Sequence record: ON529858.1
Reading direction: 5' to 3' (one strand)
Length of the DNA: 64,000 nt
Part shown: positions 50,836 to 60,514 of the stretch, piece after piece
Layout: each line of letters opens with the position of its first letter
How positions within the stretch are numbered: position 1 is the first letter of the stretch
Notes under the pieces: model-generated
Seen by the model: only the letters and a program-made list of their open reading frames with translations
Told to the model about the DNA's origin: nothing
Databases searched by the model: none
Made by a program: the position numbers and the translations under genes

Positions 50836-52711
50836 TGTTGTCCGCCTTTTCTTTCGAGGCTTGAGCGATCCGGGCGTCGAGCGACCCGTCCGCCATGAGG
50901 AAGAAGACCATGATCTTGAAGGCCGTCTGGCCGATTCTGCACGCCCGGTCCTCACATTGTTCCATGAGGGTCGGAGTCCAGTCTGCTTCCAGGAAGCACA
51001 CGTCAGACGCGCGTGTCAGCGTAAATCCAACCCCGGCGGCTTGCAGGTTGCCGATGAAGACGCGGCAGGATTCGTCCTCCTGGAAGCGGTCGACCTCGGG
51101 CTGACGCTTCTTCAAGGGCGTGCCACCGTAGACCACCGCCGGATTGTATTCGGCCAGGGCCTCCTTGACGGCGAGCACGACGTCGGAGTGGTAGGCGAAG
51201 ATCAGCAGCTTTTCGCCGCCCTCCAGGAAGTTCTTCAGCCAGGGGATGGCGGCCGACAGCTTGGCGAGGCCCAGGTCGCGGCGGACCTGGGCGATCTCTT
51301 CGAACATGACCTGGACCATGGGCTCGGACAGGCCGAGCACGGCGGCGGCGTAGGGCAGGTTGATGGCGCGGCTATTCGGCCGATCGGGGTCCCCGTCTTG
51401 ACCGACGGCGCGGTCGAAGCCCATCTTGAAGGCGTTGTCCATCGCCGACAGTCCCATGCGGATGTCGCGCTCTTCGGGCGTCTCATCCGCCGGCGCCAGG
51501 ACCGTCGACTCATAGAGCCGCATGGCCTGGGCGATCTCATCCTCGCGGGCGACGAGTTCCCTGATCTCGGGGCTGTCCAGGAGCACGACCTGACGGAACT
51601 TGTCGGGCAGTTCGGGCAGCACCTCCTTCTTCTGGCGCCGCACCATGAACATCTCGCGCAGCCGGGCGCCCAACTCTTCACGGTTCGACGACCCGGTGAA
51701 GTCGTAGGAGCCGCGCGGGCCGCGCATGGGGTCGAACCAGCCGTTGCAGTAGCGGTAGCCGAACTCCAGATAGTCGGAGCCCAGGCCGTCGGGATCGAAG
51801 GCCTTGACCATCGGCCACAGTTCGATCGGCCGGTTCATCATCGGGGTCCCCGACAGGAACAGCCGGCGCTTGGCGTCGATGGCGTTGAACCACTTCACAC
51901 CCTTCTTCTTGCGGGCCTTGCGTCGCGCGCCGGCGTCGCACTGAGCATCGCCCAGGACGAACAGGGTCCGGCCGCTGTCGGGCGTCTTCAGGACGTGGCA
52001 TTCGTCGCAGATCAGAATATCCCAGACGCGGTCCGCGATCGGGGTGCTGAAGCGCTCCAGGATGTCGTAGTTGATGATCACGACTTCGGTGTCAGGCCAC
52101 CACGTCTTATGCACCTCGGTCCGGAACTTGGGCTTGCCCTTGTTCTTGCCGGACTTGATCAGGCCGTCGGGAATCTTCTCGCGGTGCTGGGTCTCGGCGA
52201 TGCCGACCGACAGGCCCTTGGCGTCCCACTTCTCCCACTCGCGCTTCCAGTTGACCTTCAGCGAGGCCGGCACGACGACCAGGATTTGGCGGGCGCGGCG
52301 CAGGGCGTTCGCCACGCCGATCGCCTGGATTGTCTTACCCAACCCTGGCGGGTCTCCGAAGAGGGTGTCCTTGCGTCCAGGTTGTGTCGCGTAGTCGATC
52401 CCCGCCTTCTGGAACGGCTTGTAGTCGATCCCCATGTCGAGCAGCGCCTGGGGGATCGGCGGGTTGTAGGTGGTCGAGGCCTTGTAGGAGAGGTCGCGGC
52501 TGATCTCGGCGTTGCGCAGCCGATCCTCGATCTGCTGGATCGCGCGCTCGCTCCAGGTCGCGCCCTTGACGGCCTGCGCATCCTTCTGGCGCTGGGTGAT
52601 CCAGGCCTTGCGCCGGCTGCTGTAGGTGAAGCCGGCGCCCTTGAAGAGGTCGCGGTCCTCCCACGCACCGATGCCGTAGAAGAAGCCGTCGCTATAGTCG
52701 ATATGCGCCAA
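50813..52711 (-). CDS. SNF2/HARP-like SF2 helicase
   Basis: GDPPGLGKTIQ, DECH, SGTP, AAGVGFTLT, QCEDRACRIGQ. Confidence 0.92.
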   Translation of the reverse strand: MAHIDYSDGFFYGIGAWEDRDLFKGAGFTYSSRRKAWITQRQKDAQAVKGATWSERAIQQIEDRLRNAEISRDLSYKASTTYNPPIPQALLDMGIDYKPFQKAGIDYATQPGRKDTLFGDPPGLGKTIQAIGVANALRRARQILVVVPASLKVNWKREWEKWDAKGLSVGIAETQHREKIPDGLIKSGKNKGKPKFRTEVHKTWWPDTEVVIINYDILERFSTPIADRVWDILICDECHVLKTPDSGRTLFVLGDAQCDAGARRKARKKKGVKWFNAIDAKRRLFLSGTPMMNRPIELWPMVKAFDPDGLGSDYLEFGYRYCNGWFDPMRGPRGSYDFTGSSNREELGARLREMFMVRRQKKEVLPELPDKFRQVVLLDSPEIRELVAREDEIAQAMRLYESTVLAPADETPEERDIRMGLSAMDNAFKMGFDRAVGQDGDPDRPNSRAINLPYAAAVLGLSEPMVQVMFEEIAQVRRDLGLAKLSAAIPWLKNFLEGGEKLLIFAYHSDVVLAVKEALAEYNPAVVYGGTPLKKRQPEVDRFQEDESCRVFIGNLQAAGVGFTLTRASDVCFLEADWTPTLMEQCEDRACRIGQTAFKIMVFFLMADGSLDARIAQASKEKADNIDAIMDT

Positions 52712-52769
52712 GCGCTCAGTCCAGACGGCCGTTAACCATCCGGACTATGTCGCCTATCGCGACGTCTCT

Positions 52770-52785
52770 GTCAAGATTCGCGACG
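52770..52785 (-). promoter_or_regulatory. Phage promoter motif copy upstream of the helicase
   Basis: Minus strand CGTCG-CGAATC-TTGAC. Confidence 0.7.
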
Positions 52786-52992
52786 TTCCAGGATCACGCC
52801 GCCGGGCACGAACCGGATGCCCTCATGCGTCAGCGCCACCAGGATCGACGCCATCACGGCGCGGATCGGCTCACGGGCGCCGCGTTCGAAGTCGGCCAGG
52901 GTCGACAGACCGACGTTGGCGGCCTGCGCGAGGTCCGCCTGGGTCCAGTCCAGCAGCGCGCGCGCCGCCTTGATCTGGAGGCGGCCCGTCAC
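52771..52992 (-). CDS. Small XRE-family HTH protein
   Basis: QIKAARALLDWTQADLAQAANVGLSTLADFERG; GTGA overlap with the thioredoxin stop. Confidence 0.82.
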   Translation of the reverse strand: MTGRLQIKAARALLDWTQADLAQAANVGLSTLADFERGAREPIRAVMASILVALTHEGIRFVPGGVILERRES

Positions 52993-53324
52993 AGGCGAGC
53001 GGGGAACTTGGCTTCGCGGAGCCATTCGTCGAGGATTTCGCGCGTGGGCGCCCCGACCTTCGACGCGACCATCTGGCCGTTCCGGTAGAAGACGCAGGTC
53101 GGCAGACCCTTCACGCCCTGTTCCTCGGGCACGACCGGGCTGGCCTCGACGTCGATCTTGGCGACCTTGACGCGCCCGCGCAGATCGTAGGCGAGGTCTT
53201 CCAGGATCGGCAGCGCCATGCGCGCCGGGCCGCTCCAGTCCGCCATGAAGAAGGCGATCGTCGGCACGTCCGACTTCAGGACCTGCTTGTCGAAGCTGTC
53301 GTCGTTGACAATGATCGCGCGCAT
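52989..53324 (-). CDS. Thioredoxin-fold protein lacking both active-site cysteines (WSGPA)
   Basis: NDDSFDKQVLKSDVP...FMADWSGPARM...VKVAKIDV...GVKGLPT...SKVGA aligns by eye with TrxA. Confidence 0.88.
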   Translation of the reverse strand: MRAIIVNDDSFDKQVLKSDVPTIAFFMADWSGPARMALPILEDLAYDLRGRVKVAKIDVEASPVVPEEQGVKGLPTCVFYRNGQMVASKVGAPTREILDEWLREAKFPARL

Positions 53325-53752
53325 CAGTCGCCCCTTCTCAGTCCAAAATACGCCCACCAGTTCCGCTTGCGCTGGGCGGGCACAAACGAGGTCATCTGCG
53401 GTCCATTGGTGACCGGGTCAAGACCTTCCTTCTCCCAATGCGCCTTGTAGCGCTCGACCTGGGGCAGGGGATCGAAGGGCACGCCCCGGATCGCGGCGAA
53501 GACGCCGGCGGTCAGGATGCCCGAGATGTCGTCGGCATGGCCCAGGCCGAACCGCTCGCGGAAGTGCTTGACGATGGGCGAGTTGTCGTCCCACAGGCTC
53601 AGGTCGTTGCGGATCGACGTGCCGTAGCCGTGATGGACCGAGACGTGCGTGGTGATCTCGCGCTGCTTGATCATCATGCGCGAGGTCTCGGGCATCTCGA
53701 CCACCAGCATGTCGATGGCGTCTTCCATCGTCGTCGGAATCTTGGTGGTCAA
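53324..53752 (-). CDS. Hypothetical protein (resembles DUF6794)
   Basis: HHGYGTSIRNDLSLW...GHADDISGIL; recalled similarity, not searched. Confidence 0.55.
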   Translation of the reverse strand: MTTKIPTTMEDAIDMLVVEMPETSRMMIKQREITTHVSVHHGYGTSIRNDLSLWDDNSPIVKHFRERFGLGHADDISGILTAGVFAAIRGVPFDPLPQVERYKAHWEKEGLDPVTNGPQMTSFVPAQRKRNWWAYFGLRRGD

Positions 53753-54057
53753 GGCAGCGGTCCCTTGTGCTGGAAGTCCCAGGCGTCCATCTCATCGAGC
53801 AGCGCCAGCATGTGGGCGCGGTGGTTCGTCATCGCCGCCTTCAGCATCCGGTCGGCCCGGTCGCTGATCCCCCAGGTCCCAGGGTGCGCGTTCTGCGCCA
53901 GCCGCAGAGACTCGGCGGCATACTCGGCGTCGCCGGGGTCCAGCTTGCGGGCACGGGCCTCGCGCACCAGTTCGGAGAAGCCGATGCGGGCGTTCTCGAT
54001 CCGGCGGCGGAGCGCGCCGTCGCCGGGCGCCTTCAGGGTGTAGCGGACAAGGTTCAC
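53749..54057 (-). CDS. Hypothetical protein
   Basis: 102-aa coupled ORF. Confidence 0.6.
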   Translation of the reverse strand: MNLVRYTLKAPGDGALRRRIENARIGFSELVREARARKLDPGDAEYAAESLRLAQNAHPGTWGISDRADRMLKAAMTNHRAHMLALLDEMDAWDFQHKGPLP

Positions 54058-54551
54058 GCGGCCTCCTTGAACTTCGACGCCCGCAGCAGGCCCTCGGCCG
54101 TGATGCGGTAGCCCTGGGAGACGTGGTTCTCCGGAGCATAGTTCTGACGGTTGCCGTCGAGGAAGCCATGGACCTCGACGACCTGTTTGCGTTCCGCCAG
54201 ATAGTGCATCGGCGAGCCCCAGAACTTGCCCTCCACCTGGAAGAACTTCGCGGGCTCCGCCGCCATCTCCAGCAGCAGGGCCTTGCGCGGCGCCTCTTCG
54301 CAGTTGCGGCAGATGATCTCGGAGCCTTCCAGCTTCTCCGCCTCCGCCAGGGCGGCGGCGCGGGCGGAGCGGTGAACTTCCAGCACCGTCTTGACCGAGC
54401 CGTCCTCATTCTTGTTGAACGGGTTCTCGGTCTGCTCGACCGTCGCCTTGCGCTTGAAGGTCTTCTTGCAGCCGATGCAGGTGCAGGTATAGGGCGCGGT
54501 CTCCCGGCAGACCCGGAAGGTGTGGCGCGTGACGCGGCTGTAGCCTCTCAT
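54054..54551 (-). CDS. Hypothetical Zn-finger-like protein
   Basis: CTCIGC and CRNC motifs. Confidence 0.6.
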   Translation of the reverse strand: MRGYSRVTRHTFRVCRETAPYTCTCIGCKKTFKRKATVEQTENPFNKNEDGSVKTVLEVHRSARAAALAEAEKLEGSEIICRNCEEAPRKALLLEMAAEPAKFFQVEGKFWGSPMHYLAERKQVVEVHGFLDGNRQNYAPENHVSQGYRITAEGLLRASKFKEAA

Positions 54552-54614
54552 TCAGGACGCTCCCGCACGCTCGAACGCGCGCTTGTAGTGGTCGTCCTGC
54601 TTCTGGTCGGCCAT
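54552..54614 (-). CDS. Putative 20-aa micro-ORF (MADQKQDDHYKRAFERAGAS)
   Basis: Exactly fills the gap between two genes; TGATG overlap upstream, stop abuts the next ATG. Confidence 0.45.
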   Translation of the reverse strand: MADQKQDDHYKRAFERAGAS

Positions 54615-55063
54615 CAGATGTGCTCCTTCGCCATCTCGAACGCGCCCTTGACGTCGCCCTTGTCGAAGAGACGGCCGACCCGGATCAGGGCCGTCAGCTT
54701 GTCTTCGATATAGGTCATGGTCGTCGGCGCCCGCTTCGGCAGTTCCGAGATGCCCGTGCCGATCCCGTCGGTCGGCCAGATCAGGATGCCGCCGGCCTTG
54801 ACGTGCTCGAACGCCTTCTTGAAGTCCTGGTCGATGATCGCCTTCTGGGCGACGATGCCCTCGGGGCTCTCGTCGAAGTAGTCGATCTCGTCGTGCTCGG
54901 GCGAGCGCTTGGTGGCGATGCCGAGCGCGTTGGGCTCATTGCGCATCTCGGCCGCCTGCCCGCCCATGCCCCGGCGCATGATGTTGTCGCCGAAGATGTA
55001 GACCACGCCCCGGTTGCGGATCAGGTCTTCACGCTTGATGAACTTCTGGAAGAGAACCGGCAT
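54614..55063 (-). CDS. Conserved-looking phage protein (FGDN...GMGGQA motif, possibly macro-like)
   Basis: VYIFGDNIMRRGMGGQAAEMRNEPNALGIATK; fold assignment is inference. Confidence 0.6.
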   Translation of the reverse strand: MPVLFQKFIKREDLIRNRGVVYIFGDNIMRRGMGGQAAEMRNEPNALGIATKRSPEHDEIDYFDESPEGIVAQKAIIDQDFKKAFEHVKAGGILIWPTDGIGTGISELPKRAPTTMTYIEDKLTALIRVGRLFDKGDVKGAFEMAKEHI

Positions 55064-56559
55064 CAGTCGTTTTCCTCGGCGAAGCGCTTGCTGTAGCCGG
55101 TGGTGAAGCCCTGCTTGTAGAAGCTGTCGAACTCCGACGGGCAATCGCCCCATTCGTCGCCCTCGGACGGGTCGCAGTCGAACACGGTATCGCCGGCGGC
55201 GTAGGCGTAGCCGTCAGCCTCGCCGACGGTCCGGGCGCTCTCGGCGTCCCAGGCGCGGTCGGCCTCTTCCTCCGGCGCGGGGGCGTCATCCTCGTCGGCC
55301 TCGACCTCGGTGGCGTCCCAGCCCTCCTTGTAGGCGGCGACGAAGGCCACGACGTAGGCGTTGACGTCTTCGGCGGCGTCCAGGCCCTCATATTGCACGA
55401 GGTCGTAGGAGGGGTCGAAATCGTAGTCGAGGCGCTTGTCGTTGGCGCCCGCCTCCAGGCCGTCGGTGCGGCCCTTCTCGGTCCAGTCGATCGGCGCGAC
55501 GACGACCTCGCCGAAGCGAACGCGCATCGTGTCGGGGGCCAGCTTGTTCATTTCCTCGACATAGACCTGGGCCGAGTCGAGGTCGAAGCAGGCGTGACCG
55601 TAGACGGTCTGCCAGACGTTGTTGAGGAAGGCTTCGATGATGAAGGTGTTGGCCTCCAGGCTGTCGTCTGCGACATGCGCCTTGAACGGCTCCGCCTTGG
55701 GCTCGGGGGCGAACAGGCCCTTGAAGTAGCTGTCGGCCTCGCTCTCGGGGATGACGTTCATGACGTGCATCTTGGAGGTCCGCAGCTTGGCCTCGTGGTC
55801 GTAGGGGAAGGCCGTCAGTTCGGCGGGGTCGATCTTGACGTGGACGATCGTGCCGCGACCGTTGTGGAAGGTGCGCAGGTAGTCGAAGCCACAGGCGTGC
55901 AGGCCGACCGAGCAGGCCGATTGGCGCGACGGATCACACAGGTCGCGGGGCATCGAGACCCAGCCGCCGATCGGGTGCGGAATGCGGCCGGTGACTTCGA
56001 TCGTGAAGCCGTCCACCACATCCACGGCGCCCTCGCGCAGGGCCTCGGGGATGGCGTCGAGCGTCGGGTAGAAGACGGTGCAGGGCTCGCGGCCGGACGT
56101 GAAGGACCGGAAGTCCTCGTCGACCCGCTTGTAGAGGTGCAGCCAGCCCTCGTCGTCGATCGTGATGTTGTTCTTGCCGACGAAGTTGTAGAGGTCGTTG
56201 ACCAGTTCCTGGTTCGGGTTCAGGGCCACGCGCTCGATGAAGGCGACATAGCGCGCCATGTCGTGACCTTCCCTCCACAGGCGGATGAAGATCGGCGCCG
56301 AGATGTAGTTGATCACCTCGCCGTCGAGCCTGATCTGGTCCTTGTCGTCGAGCACGACGCGGCCGAAGGTCTGCTGCGCCATCCAGGCCGTGATGTCGGC
56401 GATCTTCCTGATCTCGTCGATGTCCTGGGGCTTGCGCTTGACGGCCTGGACCAGACGCTTGCCCGTCTCGGTGTTCACGTCGAAGGCGCGGTAGCGGCCG
56501 TCGAGCGTGATGGAGATGCGGTTGCCGCTGATCATGGCGGAGACGGAGGACTTGGTCAT
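55063..56559 (-). CDS. rIIB: rIIB-like protein
   Basis: LYNFV...ITIDDEGWLHLYKRV; MPR...D....CSVGLH; VKIDP; downstream of rIIA. Confidence 0.82.
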   Translation of the reverse strand: MTKSSVSAMISGNRISITLDGRYRAFDVNTETGKRLVQAVKRKPQDIDEIRKIADITAWMAQQTFGRVVLDDKDQIRLDGEVINYISAPIFIRLWREGHDMARYVAFIERVALNPNQELVNDLYNFVGKNNITIDDEGWLHLYKRVDEDFRSFTSGREPCTVFYPTLDAIPEALREGAVDVVDGFTIEVTGRIPHPIGGWVSMPRDLCDPSRQSACSVGLHACGFDYLRTFHNGRGTIVHVKIDPAELTAFPYDHEAKLRTSKMHVMNVIPESEADSYFKGLFAPEPKAEPFKAHVADDSLEANTFIIEAFLNNVWQTVYGHACFDLDSAQVYVEEMNKLAPDTMRVRFGEVVVAPIDWTEKGRTDGLEAGANDKRLDYDFDPSYDLVQYEGLDAAEDVNAYVVAFVAAYKEGWDATEVEADEDDAPAPEEEADRAWDAESARTVGEADGYAYAAGDTVFDCDPSEGDEWGDCPSEFDSFYKQGFTTGYSKRFAEEND

Positions 56560-56570
56560 GTGGGCTGGAC

Positions 56571-58685
56571 CTATTTGAACTTCATGGTGATGGGGACCAT
56601 CTTGGCGACAGTCATGAGGCATTCGACGGAGGCGATCAGGGCGTCCGTGTTGTCGATGTATTCGAGCCCGTTGATGAACCGGGTCAAGGGGTGCTGGTAG
56701 GCGTTCTTGATGGTGTCGTGGGCCTTGTCCCAGGCCTTGAAACGCTCGGTCTTCGGCGGCAGCTTGACGTAGTGCTCGTTGAGCGGCGTGTCGAGCAGGT
56801 CCATGACCTTCTTCTCGGGTTCCGAGAAGGTGCTGAAGCCCCCGGCGTGCATCGGGCGCAGCGCCTTCGCCATGGCGCCGACGGGCGACTTGGTCCTCTC
56901 CAGCTTGTCGTAGAGTTCGGGCGCCTTGGCTTGCAGCTTGGCGGTCATCGGCCCCAGCCCGCTCGACGTCGCCATGTTGCCCTTGAAGTGCTGGAGATCG
57001 GCCCAGGTCAGGCCCATCTCCCGCGCATGGGCGTCGATCGCCTCGCGCAGGTGCAGCACGCCGGCCTGGGTCACGATCGGCACGGCCGTGGGCGACGACA
57101 GGTAGAGCCGGGTGATGCCGAACCGCTTGGCGAAGGCGAAGACGTCGGACGGCCGCTTGCGGTAGTGATCGCTCTCGATCCAGGCGGCGTCGGCGAGATC
57201 GCCCGAGACCTGGGTCACCGGCGACTGGTCACCGGCCTTCAGGGCGAGCCCCAGGCCCCGGATCGGCGGCAGGCTGTCCTCGGAGAGCACCGGCTGGAGG
57301 CGCTTGGGCGCCGCGTCGCGCAGGTCGTCATAGCTGATCTTGACCCGCTTCACGTCGGTGAAGACGGCGCTCCAGACATCGTCGGAGAAGCCCTCGCCGA
57401 ACATGAAGAAGGCGTTGTTGCGGCCCTTCTTCTCCAGGAAGGCGCGGGTCAGGCGCGAGACGCGGCGCAGTTCGCTCTTGGAGAACTCGTTGAGCGAGAC
57501 CTTGTCGCGCGTGGCGTCCAGCAGGCCCTCGTAGTCCTCGATCCAGTAGACCTCGGTGACCGGCTTCCAGGTCTTGGCGTCGATCGTCGAGGCCTGCTTG
57601 AAGACCCAGCGGCTGCGGCTGGTCTCGAACGCGGCGTGGAACTGCTGCGCGTTGGACTTCAGGCGGATGTGCGTGCTGTTCAGGCCGGTGAAGGGGTGGA
57701 TGACCTCGCCCGTCATCCAGTTCGGCTTGATCTTCTCGTAGGTGGTGAAGAACTCGACCAGGGACTCGATGTCCTTGACCTGATCCCAGACCTGCGTCTT
57801 GACCTCTTCTTTCAAGGCGTTGATGCGGCCGTTCAGGTAGTCGACCACCTGCGGCGTATATTGGATCGACTCTCGCGAACCGATGACAGCGATCTGGCCG
57901 ATCTCAGCTTCGATCAGCCACTTCCGATCTCCGCTGTCGGACGGGACGTTGACCGGGTGCTTGATGGGGTAGATGACCGAACCCTGACGGACGCTCCACT
58001 GCTGCGGCAGCGAACTCTTGGTGTAGGCGGCCCAGCCCTCACCTTCGAACGCGATCTCGCCGCGCGAGTTCGTCAGGGGGATGTTGCTTTCGAACGTGGG
58101 GGTGACGTGCGCCAAAGAGGCGTTGTGGATGGCGGTGGCGAAGGCGGCGAAGTCCTTCTGCTCGACGGCGACCGTGACCCGCACGCCGCGCGGTTCGTCG
58201 TTGGGCTCCGTCCCCATCAGGACGACACGGGGCCGGCCCGAGGCCGTGATGCCGCAGCCATAGTGCCGCACGGTCTCGCCGTCATAGCAGGAGAGGGAGA
58301 ACTGATCGGAGTAGGCCAGCGGGGTCGCCTTGCCGAGCCCGAAGGCGCCGGTCAGGTCGTTGGTCTCATCCTTGTCGCTCTCGAACAAGGTGCGATAGAG
58401 CGTCATCACCTTGTGGTGATCCATGCCCGTGCCGTAGTCACGGACGAAGAACTCCGGCCTGATCTCGGTCGGCGCGTGAACAAAGAAGGGCTGGGTGTTG
58501 CCGGCGACGATGTGGCTGTCGGAGGCGTTCGACGAGATTTCGCGCACCGGCGCGCCGACCTTGTCGGAATACATGCCGTCGATCAGCATCCGGAACGCCT
58601 TGCCGGATGGATTGATGATGAAGTCCGCCTCTTCCAGAGCGTCGCCGATGGTCTCAAAGTGGATTTTCTCGGGGGCGAGTTTCAT
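56571..58685 (-). CDS. rIIA: rIIA-like protein with N-terminal GHKL ATPase
   Basis: YSDKVGAPVREISSNASDSH, VRDYGTG, TGAFGLG, GVRVTV. Confidence 0.88.
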   Translation of the reverse strand: MKLAPEKIHFETIGDALEEADFIINPSGKAFRMLIDGMYSDKVGAPVREISSNASDSHIVAGNTQPFFVHAPTEIRPEFFVRDYGTGMDHHKVMTLYRTLFESDKDETNDLTGAFGLGKATPLAYSDQFSLSCYDGETVRHYGCGITASGRPRVVLMGTEPNDEPRGVRVTVAVEQKDFAAFATAIHNASLAHVTPTFESNIPLTNSRGEIAFEGEGWAAYTKSSLPQQWSVRQGSVIYPIKHPVNVPSDSGDRKWLIEAEIGQIAVIGSRESIQYTPQVVDYLNGRINALKEEVKTQVWDQVKDIESLVEFFTTYEKIKPNWMTGEVIHPFTGLNSTHIRLKSNAQQFHAAFETSRSRWVFKQASTIDAKTWKPVTEVYWIEDYEGLLDATRDKVSLNEFSKSELRRVSRLTRAFLEKKGRNNAFFMFGEGFSDDVWSAVFTDVKRVKISYDDLRDAAPKRLQPVLSEDSLPPIRGLGLALKAGDQSPVTQVSGDLADAAWIESDHYRKRPSDVFAFAKRFGITRLYLSSPTAVPIVTQAGVLHLREAIDAHAREMGLTWADLQHFKGNMATSSGLGPMTAKLQAKAPELYDKLERTKSPVGAMAKALRPMHAGGFSTFSEPEKKVMDLLDTPLNEHYVKLPPKTERFKAWDKAHDTIKNAYQHPLTRFINGLEYIDNTDALIASVECLMTVAKMVPITMKFK

Positions 58686-58772
58686 CGGGGCTCCATCGTT
58701 TCGAACGTCGTTGGAAACAGCATCTAGCCGTCCTGACACCCGCCGTCAACACACAACGTCCAGTATCCACAA

Positions 58773-58788
58773 CGTCGTGAATCTTGAC
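58773..58788 (+). promoter_or_regulatory. Phage promoter motif copy at the strand switch
   Basis: CGTCG-TGAATC-TTGAC, immediately preceded by GTATCCACA (DnaA box with 1 mismatch). Confidence 0.72.
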
Positions 58789-58818
58789 GTTCAGGGCTGT
58801 TCATGCCATGTGTCGAGG

Positions 58819-59061
58819 ATGCGCAACGTCACCGAGGACTGTCCCCCGCCGAAGTTTGGCAAGGCCGATCTTTCGATGATGCCTGAGCGCGGCGTCGAGG
58901 GCTGCATCTGCCGCGAGCCCGGCGCCGACAAGCGGCGCGATTTCATCCTCCTGGCCGACCGGCGGGGGGAGATTGTTTGGTATGCGAGGAATACATGCCT
59001 GATCCACGGCCTAACGGCGACCGACCTGCCGGACAACAGCGGGGAGCCCTCCACGACCTGA
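58819..59061 (+). CDS. Hypothetical protein
   Basis: 80-aa ORF directly after the promoter. Confidence 0.5.
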   Translation: MRNVTEDCPPPKFGKADLSMMPERGVEGCICREPGADKRRDFILLADRRGEIVWYARNTCLIHGLTATDLPDNSGEPSTT

Positions 59062-59063
59062 TC

Positions 59064-59414
59064 GTGCGGGCGACGGCGCTGGACCCCCGCTACGAGCAGG
59101 AGGTCTCCAACGCCACCAAGGTTACCTACATCTGCGGCTGCATCGGCTATCCTGAGCCGGCCTTCGACCTGGAGACGCCCTTCCCGGTCGACGACTGGCT
59201 GATGAGCGAGGACAAGGGCCTCCTGTGCGCCGGCCTGTATCTGAACGACATGCGCGAGCAGTTCTACGCCCTGACGCTGAAGCGTGAGCCCGAGCGCCGC
59301 GTCGAACTGTTCGGCAAGCAGGGCGAGGCCGAGTTCTGGCGCCAGTCCTTCCACGTCCGGCTGACCCGGCGCGAGCGCGGCGTGGTGATTCCTGACTCGC
59401 GGGTCCTCCACTAG
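59064..59414 (+). CDS. Hypothetical protein (start uncertain)
   Basis: Codon-biased part of track ORF 58977..59414. Confidence 0.55.
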   Translation: MRATALDPRYEQEVSNATKVTYICGCIGYPEPAFDLETPFPVDDWLMSEDKGLLCAGLYLNDMREQFYALTLKREPERRVELFGKQGEAEFWRQSFHVRLTRRERGVVIPDSRVLH

Positions 59415-59795
59415 GTGAGCGACCGCATCCCTCTCTATGACGGCGCCCTGAAGGGCAATCGGGTCTCGTCGGTGGTCAAGGCCGGGCTGACGTTCGACTT
59501 CATCAAGCCGGGCTTCGACGCCCAGGGCCGCCGCCGCACGACCTGGACCCAGGTGGTCCACGCCGGCGTCCCCATCTATGAGGTGCGCGTCAACACCGCC
59601 CTCGACAACGTCCTGGACCGGTTCGACGCCGAGTGGGACAAGGTCATGGGCGACGACCGCGCCTTCATCGACAAGGCCCTGGCCTCGGTCAAGCGCGAGC
59701 GGCTGTCGAAGTTCATGGATGGCAAGAGCGGCGTCGAGCCGGCGCCCTCCCTGAGAGACGGCAAGGTCGCCTCTCCAAAAAAGATGCCCGCTTAG
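59415..59795 (+). CDS. Hypothetical protein
   Basis: 126-aa ORF abutting the upstream stop. Confidence 0.6.
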   Translation: MSDRIPLYDGALKGNRVSSVVKAGLTFDFIKPGFDAQGRRRTTWTQVVHAGVPIYEVRVNTALDNVLDRFDAEWDKVMGDDRAFIDKALASVKRERLSKFMDGKSGVEPAPSLRDGKVASPKKMPA

Positions 59796-59863
59796 ACGCT
59801 AAGTGTTGACAAGCATCCTATCGTGACATAATCAGGCTCCGACGACATCGAAAGGAGCCCGAT

Positions 59864-60514
59864 ATGCCGACCAACAGCAAGGCCGTGAAGGGGAAGCGCA
59901 CGCTTCTGATCACCAAGGCCAAGACCGTGAGCGCCGAGGACTTCGAAATGGTCCTGGCCGCCGCCAAGCGTGGTCCGCACGGGCTGCGCGACGAGGTCAT
60001 GCTGCTGCTCAGCTTCTATGCTGGGCTGCGTCCCCAGGAGATCGCCGGTCTGAAATGGAAGCGCAACGTCCTCGACGCGCGCGGCCGTCTGACCGATCAC
60101 GTTTTCGTGGACCGTGGCATCGCCAAGCGCACCGTCGAGCGGACGATCGAGATGCACCCGCGTCTGAAGGATGCCCTGTCGCGCCTGCGTGCTCAGCGTC
60201 CCAAGGACAAGTTCATCGTCTACCCGCTGGCCGCCCGCCGCGCCGACATCCCCGGCGTCGACCCCGAACAGGTCGCGCCGAACACGCTGGTGCAATACTT
60301 CGGGCGGCTGTATGATCTGCACGGTCTGGACGGCTGCACCAGCTACTCCGGCCGGCGATCGTTCATCACGCACCTGAGCCGGACCTGCAACCTCGCCGGC
60401 GCCTCGATCTATGACGTGGCGCGGGTGGCTGGTCACAAGTCGATCCAGACCACGCAAGGGTATCTGGAAGAGCAGCCTGACAAGGCCGCCCTGGTTGGGA
60501 TGATGTTCGCATGA
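59864..60514 (+). CDS. Tyrosine recombinase, catalytic domain only
   Basis: GLRPQEI, TSYSGRRSF, AGHKSIQTTQGY; own TTGACA promoter at 59806. Confidence 0.88.
   Translation: MPTNSKAVKGKRTLLITKAKTVSAEDFEMVLAAAKRGPHGLRDEVMLLLSFYAGLRPQEIAGLKWKRNVLDARGRLTDHVFVDRGIAKRTVERTIEMHPRLKDALSRLRAQRPKDKFIVYPLAARRADIPGVDPEQVAPNTLVQYFGRLYDLHGLDGCTSYSGRRSFITHLSRTCNLAGASIYDVARVAGHKSIQTTQGYLEEQPDKAALVGMMFA

Noticed and set aside
9888-52740. CtrA boxes suggested by recurrent GTTAAC near promoters
   Set aside because: Only half-sites; no TTAA-N7-TTAA found at the positions inspected
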